Source of the DNA: Iphione sp. A-MEVVRFRX5
Taxonomy: Eukaryota
Direction of reading: 5' to 3'
DNA length: 64,000 nt
Assembly (NCBI GenBank): GCA_976226885.1
Contig: OZ320315.1
Span: 63,426,001-63,490,000 of the forward strand
This document shows, one piece after another, positions 54,857 to 64,000 of the stretch. The first letter of the stretch is position 1, and each line of letters opens with the position of its first letter. The notes under the pieces were generated by a model. The model saw only the letters and a list, made by a program, of their open reading frames with translations, had not been told where the DNA came from and ran no database searches. The position numbers and the translations under genes were made by a program.

Positions 54857-55349
54857 TGTGTATGTTAAAGATCGTCTGCTATTGTCGCTCCCCTGTTTTT
54901 AACCAATCAGAGTCCACAGAATAGCACTTCCGTTTCCGGTGTAAACAATACGAACGTTGCACACTTTTTCCTGGATTAAGTGAAATTATTGCTTTCTTTG
55001 CACTGAGCTATGTACAAAACATCACATCTTATGTACCAAGGTTCTATAGGTATAATACTTTATCATTATAATTATTTAAAATGATTTTAACCTTGTCTGA
55101 ACATTTGAAGCGGTGAACAAAATGGCGTCTTTCTGCTTCCCATTCATTCAGAGAACAGGTGCGTTTGATTATCCAATTAAATTTTATGTTACTTTATGGA
55201 ATGTGTGCTGAGCCATCTGACCCGTTCACTCAATTGGCAATGCTATAAGATAGCAGTATCACTCCCCACCATATTAGAACTTCTGACAATCCAGCTGACT
55301 GCGCAGATCTTGAACATTTGTGAATTTGCTTTCTACTTGGGCCAAAGGG

Positions 55350-55495
55350 ATTAGCGATGGGAACCTACTACGAGTGCCAAGGACTCAGCGCGAAGCCCGA
55401 GAGGCTTGGTCCAGTCTGCCGCAGGCAGACGGGACCAAGCCTCGAGGGCTGAGCGCTGAGTCCTTGGCACTCGTAATAAGGTTCCCATCGCTAAT
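55350..55495 (+). other. 146-bp terminal hairpin, copy 3
   Basis: Same sequence as 50048-50193. Confidence 0.95.
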
Positions 55496-55900
55496 TGCTG
55501 TTCTGATATGGTTTTATTCACATTAAAATTAGCTAATTCAAAGTGAAAATCAACCTTCGCTTACTTGGCCGCCATCTTGAGTATCTAGTCTCATTCAGTA
55601 TAGAAGCTGCAATTCTATTGGCTAATTCAAAATGCGTAATTATTTTTTTATTTTATCTACAGTACACAATTTCGTTGTATTTTTAATTGTTATGTAATAA
55701 AACAGTTTTTAAAACAGTTCAATATTTTTATTGTCCACATTTGATGAACTTTATCCAGTATGTGAAAAAAAGGATTTTCATTATAACATGACATTGCGTG
55801 ATCATAACATGTGGCGCCAACTAACAACTCCGCCAAGTATACTGCGTAGTTTTCACTGGAAAGGAAGCTGTGAAAGTCACATTGTGATAGTCAATATGAT

Positions 55901-57003
55901 TTATCTGAAGTTAAATGTGCAATTATTGAAAGTGTTGGATCCAGAAAGAAGGGCTGCCATAGCATTCACAGTGGTGGATGCACTCGGTTCTCTTGTAGAC
56001 TGTGTCGACAGCATCACGCTTGATTCCGTTGTGACAATTTCCCCCTCTGATGACGAGTGGCTGTATGTTGCTAATGTTTTCGACATCTCTCGGCGGACTT
56101 CTGAGGTGACTCCTCCTCTGTAGACATCAAGTGAGGCTGCACTCTTGTGTCCCGTGATCGCCTGGATTTTTTCGGATGAGAAGCCTGCGACATCTAACGC
56201 TGTAACACAAGTACGCCGAATACAGTGATTCGTGTACTGTTTGCTTAGGCCTGCATCAACACTCATCTCCTTCATCATGTTGTGAAGGGTGTTCACTCCA
56301 AGAACTTGATTGGCGAACCAGGGACCATCTCCACTTGGAATGGACTTGTTAGGACGTTGGAAGAAGAATTCATTGTTCTTGTTCAACTTTGCCATATATT
56401 TCTGGAAGTGTCTGACTGGACATCGACTTGGATTCCCAGGAGTTTCATACATTCTTCTATCAGTGTCAGACTCATCATTGTTGAGCCCAGACTTTGTCTT
56501 TTCCGCCTCCCAGTGCGTCATGGTTACGTACTTGGCACCGGATCCATCTTCCTTTACCTCGAATGAATTCTTCTTTAATTGGCGGAGTCCCTCTCTACCA
56601 CGTCGTCCGTAGTGGAGCATGATTTCGAAGAAAACTCTTCGTTGGAGCCCTTTTGGTGTGTCTGTGAAGGCGTGAGTATAGAGCTTCTCAATGTCCTCAG
56701 GGTCAATTAATTCTTTGTGAGTGGTACGATCCAAACCTTCATTACGTAATTTGGCAAGGTAACCTGAATAAGTTGCGTTGCTCTGACGAAAAGCTGTATC
56801 TGTCAAAATGTTGATTCTGCGGTTGTGTGGGGGGCTGCAAAGGTGGCGTTGTATGCCTGCACGAATGTTCTTCATGGCAGATTTACTGTAGAATTCGCCA
56901 GTCTTGCTACGCACAACTGTATAAAACTGCTCAAGTTTTATAGCCAATATATCATCATCCAAGTGCTCAAAGTTACTGTCATCACCGACCTCTACAAGCC
57001 ACT
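55901..57003 (-). CDS. Crypton tyrosine recombinase, exon 2, copy 3
   Basis: As copy 1 except GLNNDESD instead of GLNDDESD; catalytic residues intact. Confidence 0.9.
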
Positions 57004-57155
57004 CTGGAAATATATATAAACGGGAAAATAATAATGGTTAGGGAATTCCTTTATTCTTTTCCCTCAAAAATACAAACTCCACATCGCTAAGGCATATTTT
57101 TGACAACGTTTTTGTGATGTTTGCTTGCTTTCTAAGAGAAGGAATTCTCATTTAC

Positions 57156-57507
57156 CTTTGAATATGCGGACTGCCCACTTAGTTTGCAGTTCTGTACTGT
57201 GACGGGTACGGTTCCTCTTCATTTCGTCTATTTCAGCCTCAGATGGCATGTGGAATCTCTTCTTTTCCTCATCTTTTTCCTCTTCTGACGTTGGGGGGCT
57301 GGCTGGGCATGCACTTTCATTCATTTCAACGTCATCAATTTTCTCCAGCTGCTCACGGTTCGCAGTCTCCTTCTGGTTAGTTTCAACATCTTCAATCACA
57401 AAGAGGTGGTAGGGGAAGATCGTTGGTCGATATTTGGAGATTACCAGAAATATTCTGTCCTTAAAAAGCACTAAATCACCGATTTCAATGCTCTGTGACT
57501 CTGCCAT
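57156..57507 (-). CDS. Crypton tyrosine recombinase, exon 1, copy 3
   Basis: Same as copy 1. Confidence 0.85.
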
Positions 57508-58779
57508 TGTGTATGTTAAAGATCGTCTGCTATTGTCGCTCCCCTGTTTTTAACCAATCAGAGTCCACAGAATAGCACTTCCGTTTCCGGTGTAAACAAT
57601 ACGAACGTTGCACACTTTTTCCTGGATTAAGTGAAATTATTGCTTTCTTTGCACTGAGCTATGTACAAAACATCACATCTTATGTACCAAGGTTCTATAG
57701 GTATAATACTTTATCATTATAATTATTTAAAATGATTTTAACCTTGTCTGAACATTTGAAGCGGTGAACAAAATGGCGTCTTTCTGCTTCCCATTCATTC
57801 AGAGAACAGGTGCGTTTGATTATCCAATTAAATTTTATGTTACTTTATGGAATGTGTGCTGAGCCATCTGACCCGTTCACTCAATTGGCAATGCTATAAG
57901 ATAGCAGTATCACTCCCCACCATATTAGAACAGATTGCATGCATTATCACTGATTATCATGAAATGTAACCATTTTGGTAGTTACCATGATACTGGTTTA
58001 TTCCTTATTTCGAGGGAACCAGGACTACACCAGTTAACTTGTACATATAGTTGGTTTGATCCCGTTGAGCCATCGATAGAAGGTGCATTTTCATTTAATA
58101 AATGTAAAGATATAATCAAACCTGATACAGTATCAATCTACAGTACTAAACAGAGTAACCGGTGTACCGGTCTGCCTGAATTGTTCACAGGAGTGCACAG
58201 GAGCCTACACGATGTAAACAGTCATCAAGAACCATTATCCCTGCTGAAACCAAGCAAGTGGCGGATCACCAGGTAGCAACCTTCTGGTCTGGCGGTAAAG
58301 CCATGCAAGAGCTTTCAGATTGAAACAGGCTAAACAACACTGCCATTGCAACATAGAAGGCCATGCGTGATAACCTGTACAAAACCTTAGCTCCATGTAC
58401 CACACCATACCGCTCCCCCCCATTTTAGTGCTACCGTGATAAAAGCCAATCGATACGCTCTCCATGCGGAATTTCATGTAGGATAAAGAAATTTTAACTA
58501 GATGAGATCAAAGTGCACTTGTTTCGATACAAAGGGAACATGCCAAGTGAAAATAAACGACGATGCAAAGCCAAGGTTCTTCCCTGCAAGGTCATCCAGT
58601 TCGTGACAACATGGTCCTGGCGATACTTTCATGCCATGTACAGGCAAATATAGCTTGCCTGGCTAGATTTCACTGTAAGGCAACCCATTTATTCTCCCAT
58701 TTTCGTCAATGTAATTATGAACACTACTAGGTCAGAGATATTAGATATTTGATATTCTCCTTGTTAAACAAAGCCATAC

Positions 58780-58880
58780 TTCCAACTTTTAAACCAAGGC
58801 ATTCCACTGTAATTTTGTAGAGTAGTCCGACAAAGGCAGCGGCTTTATTCTGTAACATGTTCCATGTTAGCAATGGCTTG
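58780..58880 (-). mobile_element. Possible decayed LINE ORF2 C-terminal fragment
   Basis: With one frameshift it reads NMEHV-QNKAAAFVGLLYKITVECLGL, loosely like the LExVQRRAxRxV...LGL motif of CR1/L2 reverse transcriptases. Confidence 0.3.
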
Positions 58881-61800
58881 GCATACCTGTATGATGCAAC
58901 TAAAAACGTTCCTGATTATGTAAATCTCCTAACTTAAGTTACGATTTTGTTCCTTTTGGGTAATGTGTATCGTTAGTGGTGGGACATCTCGTTCAAGAGA
59001 GGTGGTGCAAGCAGGAGGGGCAGTTGATCTTCATTACTCATGCCACCATGTTAATAACCTTGATTACATTTGCCTTCATAACTGATCGCAACAATGGGCA
59101 AAGCAGCTGGGTAACTGTTGCGAATGAGCCATTACCTTGAGAGAGTGGATAATGACTATACAGCATCTCTTAACAGTTGTTACATGTAGTGTTAAACTCG
59201 GCTAAGTCATGAGGTAATGGACATTACTTCTGGTGAGACAAGCAAGAGGCATTGGCATCTGTTATGATACTAAATACAGGACATTATTCAACACAAGCGC
59301 ATATAACAAATAAATGGTGGTACTTCGCAAAGTGTGTACTTGACAACATGTAATAGTTATTACACACAAGGTTAAGCCACGAGTTACGTCGAGGTAGGCA
59401 AGACCAGGATTCGTATGATATTTCATACTGTGATATTCAACTTGCATCAAAAAAGGTTGTTTGTAAATATATAAGTATCGTTAGCTACAGGCGCGTCTGG
59501 GTGTTGATAGGGGTGCTTCTGGCCCTTGCCCTTCCATACTTACATGTTGGCATCATAGGCATGCAGCTTTTCCACAATGACATCAATGAGAGAAAGTCTT
59601 ATTCTCCAATGATTAATGGTCAAGTGAACTATTCCTAACTTCTGTAAAGACTCCCGCCTTACTTGATGGGTTGGTTGGGAGATGAGTTAGTTGTTTGTTG
59701 ATGTGGCCTGGGAGTGGCTAGTTAGTTTGTGGGCTGGTTGGTTGATGAGCGGGCTCCATCTGGTTTAATTAAGTTGCACCACACGTTGGGCCCACTTAGC
59801 GGACAGCGGGCGGCGCCGTCGACGACATCCTCATTTATCGCCCGTTCTGGGAAGGGAGGCGTTTGCTACGAACGCTCTTTCATATGTGAACATTGCGTCT
59901 CGCGTTCGTCAATTAGAGCGGTGGTTATGAAGTATGCTACCGTAATATTTACAATCCTCCGAACACGACCTCCCCCTATTCATACTACAGCCGCCCACCC
60001 ACCCTGATGCACATACCATCGCGCACAGTTACACCTGACTCCAGCCCTCCTTCCCTACTGCGACTTTGTTGTCACCCTCCTTCTTCGTCACCTGCGCCTA
60101 TGTGCACCTTCTTCGTCTAAAAAAGGTTCGTCTACTTGTGTTTTGCATTGCATTACCCTCTTCTCCTACATCTTTTACTACGTCTCCTGTGTTTGCTTAC
60201 ATCTGAATTTTATATATATCTCTGTTCTCTGTTTTCCTTGCTCTCTTTTACGTTCTTGCTTTTCTACTTCACGTGTTTGCTTTAATCTTAACTCTATTTC
60301 GAATATATACTTCCTTTGTTCCCCCTAACTTTTTTGCCCGCCCCCTCTTTCATCTACTGTAGAGCATCCATTACCCCAGCTTACTTACTCGGCTTAGTAG
60401 TGCAATTCGGTAGATCTATCACACTCATAAACATGCCTATGAGCTAGCAGTTAGCCACCAGGCCTATAGCTCAGACCTACGCTGAAGGTCCATCAAATAT
60501 TCACTACCCTGCTCCTAATTAATGAAAGACTGAAACCTGTTAGCCGTATATCTTGCAGTATAAAACGTAATTTACCAAACCAAAACACAAGGAAGGGAAA
60601 GGGACTGGGAAAATGGCGTGATTAGAATGACCGATTAAGAAAACCGGGAAAATTGCTTTGCAGCTTAACCGATAATGCGAAAGTAGTCTTCTCCAAACGA
60701 AAACAGTTTAGTGAAGGTTACCGACACCGAGGACACAGTCATTGCTACCAAGCAGCCGATTTCACTCACCGTTGCATAGGCCAATTACATCGCTACTGCT
60801 CTCACAATGGCTGAGCCTTTCATACTCAGATCACACACAGCTGGTGTTTCCCTTGAGGAAAGTCACCACGACACACACGCACCATAAATCCCTCTACGCT
60901 GCTGCTCCCTCCTGTGAGTGAGCACCTCGAAACTGCTCAGTCCTGCTCGCTCTGTATATTGGCCACTCGGTCCTGTCACATCACCTAGGCCAAAACCTAT
61001 TTATCTCCTACACCGGGTCTCACCTTCTCGTCCTTATTCTTCTCATAAGCATGTCCACCTCGAGATGCATTTGCCTTGTTATTGATGCTTGGTCCTGTGC
61101 CTTGAGTATTTCCCACCCCCATTCTGAAGTAACTGTACACCTGCCTCCAACTGCTATAAAATTATTGCATCCCTCCCTCCCTCCCAACCCTAGCCGTAGC
61201 CATCACTTCTGTCTCCTATTGTTTTAACGGACTATTTCAATCGATCTCAATACCTCTGCCCCTCAGCACCCTCCTCCCCTATCCTACTCTCCCTTCTATC
61301 TCAGCGCACTGAACTTGTGGGCTGGAAACCGAATACCAGCAGCGCATCCCAAAGGCCCATCCATAGGCGAATATTGATCATCTAATCATTCCATTAAGCC
61401 TAATCAGGACCGGTTTTTGTCGGCCTGGCTGTGGAGTTTCCAAGTAATTACCCTTCAACATTAGACAGAGATTACTCGCGCTGATGTCATGCGCCGTCTA
61501 GCCGTGGTGTGTCGCCATGGTCGTCGCGCATGTCTATGCAGATTTGGCAGTTTATACTGGTCCGTTCTAGTGCGTATTACAGGGCTCTAAATATAACTGA
61601 AGGCCATCAGGGCTGAGCTGATGGTGGGATAGATTGTTGGATGTCAAAGTCCACAAAGTTTCCGCCATAACTGCCGCCATATTGTTGAATTCCCGCCGGG
61701 CTCCTAGCAGCACTAAATCGCCTTTGATGTCATTATCACCTTACAGGTGATATTGACCTCCCTCCCTCCTATCCCCTGCGATCTGTCAGTATGAAGAGTT

Positions 61801-64000
61801 GTCACGGGAGGGCGGAGGTATACAGGGGCTGTAGGAGTAGGAGGCCTTTGGTGCTTGTGAACCTGACAGTAGGGAGAAATGGAGAGTGTTAGGAACACTA
61901 GATATGAGCCGGAGTGTACTAGGTAACTGTGTACAGGAGTTGGGGTGATATACAATACCTTCAAAGAATGATGGCTGGGAATGAGGTGGTCGGGGAAGAA
62001 TAGGGAGAGAAAGAGGAAGGGAGGTGGTAAAGAACGGTGGAATAAGGTACTTTTACCTGTGCTGGTGACTGTGTAGAAGATATGAAAGGAGCGTAGGAGG
62101 AAGGTACATCAGTGGTTTGGAAGGAAGGCACTCAGTAGTCAATTGATGGTTTCTAATGATGTAGTTCGGAGTTAATGGGGGGGGGGCGGGAGAGAAGAGG
62201 TAGGTGGGTTCCTAATAATATAGTTCGGAGTTAATGCCGGAGAGAGGAGGTAGGTAGGAGTCATCGGCATTAGACCTTTCGAGGATAACGGAACAGCAGA
62301 AAGAGAAGCGGAGGAGATACTTCGAAGAAGAGGGGGGGGGGAAGAGAGGGAACGATGGAAGTGGGAGGGGGGCATCAGGCTGAAGGTGGAGGTGGGCAAT
62401 ATTTCATGCAGCCCGGAACCGGAAACTGACATCAGGTGAGGGCGACACGAACGCCGGCTCCAAGCATGGCAGACGCGAACAAAGAGGGATTGATTTTACA
62501 TCGGTTGTTATGGCAACCTGAGTTCTGATGGTCACATGAGCTGGTGAGCAGCAGGTGGGAGGGGGAGGTGCGATCTATGGGGATCATTGGAGGGTAAGGC
62601 CAGACCCGTTAGTAGAGAGGCGGCGTCGGAGAAATCAACCTTGTTTCAATTATGACCTTGTGGAGTACATAATCCATGTCGTAAAAATATTCCACATACT
62701 TTACACATATGGTACATACATTTCACTTATTCACTCTCTTACATTGCCACATCATAATATCAAATCGTTACCAAAACCTTTACTTTTAGGTTGATAGCAT
62801 CTTCTGTCAACGTTAGATCTTTGGCTGGGAGAATTATCCGTACGTATATATGATCAGCCTTGAAAGCGTACTGTGTTAAACAAATCACTGCGTCCGGTGT
62901 AAAATTATAGTATTCTTATAGAATGTATTGATTAGTTCCAGAAAGATGGTAGAGCGGATGAATGTTTATTCACGCTGAGATAAAGCTTTATTGGCACAAA
63001 GTTCAAGCAGCATCATGTCAAATATGAACTAGGTATCTGAATCAGGGCAACAGAGGTGAGGGGAGTATGCACTGTTAATAGTGTATAACTGTGTGAAAGA
63101 TGACTTTGACAACCATTTTGCCGATAGGGCATTTACCTTCGGGCCACGCAAAACGACAGAGAAACCCAGATCATGCAAGTGCGGTTTAGAAAAGCAGGAT
63201 TAAGACCCCCCCCACCTTGGTGGGGTTTGAACAGGACTGACAGACATTTGACATTGATCCCTAGCGCCATACTTGCTGCACTGCCCCCTGGCGGCAAGTA
63301 GGACGACAGTGTTGGTGGCGGGGTCGAGGAGAGTGATGAAAAAACACGCATGGTAGTGCCCACCACTTAGCCCCTGCAGCAGCGCCACTAGGCGGCGCGG
63401 CTGTTTGCCATAGCATGCGAACTAGGGACCAATCGATGCTTTAATGTAAGCATAAATCCACAGGCTAGATGGTTTCTCGCAATGTTCTACCACCGCCGTC
63501 CTGTTTACCGTGCCTGATATTAAGGAACCCAATGGTCTGGGCATCGCCTTACCTGCACTCCTAGCACTTGGTCATTGTGGTTAGGCACACTGGACGGCGC
63601 ATGGACACGGGGCATTGTAATATCCCTCAGACGCAGTCAATGTTAGACTTGCCTATGTGATTTCAGTGAAGCCTTATGGCAGGAATTGCCCCGTAATTAT
63701 AAATTATTGGTTCAACACAGCAACCCGATATTTAACATACATACATTCATGTAGGCTAAATGTTCACAAGACCATACTTTGTGACAGGTTGTCCAGTCAC
63801 AACCTACAATCCGTGTTTCTTTAATTGGGACACTAACACGTGTCCATGTGTGTCTAAAGATGTGCGGTCGTCCAGGTACATGCAACGTCCAACCACATGT
63901 GCAATCCAGCTTGTACGCAACATAAATTTCAGATGAACAGTTTGAGTCTCCCAGTGACTCTCAAAGTTCCCGACCTGAACGTGGAGTGTCTGAAGGGAGG

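Larger units (their letters stand above)
52691..55280 (-). mobile_element. Crypton-type element, copy 2 of 3
   Basis: Matches copy 1 shifted by 2651 bp except one SNP noticed (A52287 versus G54938). Confidence 0.88.
55342..57933 (-). mobile_element. Crypton-type element, copy 3 of 3
   Basis: Periodic identity ends at 57931; one nonsynonymous SNP noticed (56479, D to N). Confidence 0.88.

Noticed and set aside
50040-57933. CRISPR-like or prokaryotic integron interpretation, or bacterial contamination
   Set aside because: Units are 2.6 kb and identical with no variable spacers; the recombinase has a spliceosomal intron and eukaryotic promoter motifs. The attC comparison is a mechanistic analogy only.
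62161-62260. Roughly 59-bp imperfect duplication (TAGTTCGGAGTTAATG)
   Set aside because: An ordinary local slippage duplication in a purine-rich tract.

Overview
Eukaryotic (metazoan, probably invertebrate) genomic DNA, mostly intronic or intergenic, with microsatellites and decayed repeats; most short ORFs in the track are noise. The only host coding exon I can recognise is a phospholipase C-beta PH-domain exon (23361-23438, +). There is also a housekeeping-type promoter with a 22-nt first coding exon of an unidentified minus-strand gene (about 15146-15320). The dominant feature is a head-to-tail array at 50040-57933 of three near-identical Crypton-type (DUF3504-like) tyrosine-recombinase elements with a 2651-bp period. 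Each copy has an intact two-exon 484-aa recombinase gene (152-nt GT-AG intron). Each also starts with a 146-bp hairpin whose non-Watson-Crick positions are almost all G.A pairs, capped by a GCA triloop, so it should fold well on only one DNA strand. A second, decayed hairpin of the same design, followed by the same YY1/CCAAT motifs but without a recombinase, lies at about 33854. My main hypothesis (inference) is that these elements recombine through a folded single-stranded DNA site, analogous to integron attC or CTXphi attP. A PIF/Harbinger-type MITE and LINE remnants are also present. All alignments were done by eye; no searches were run.
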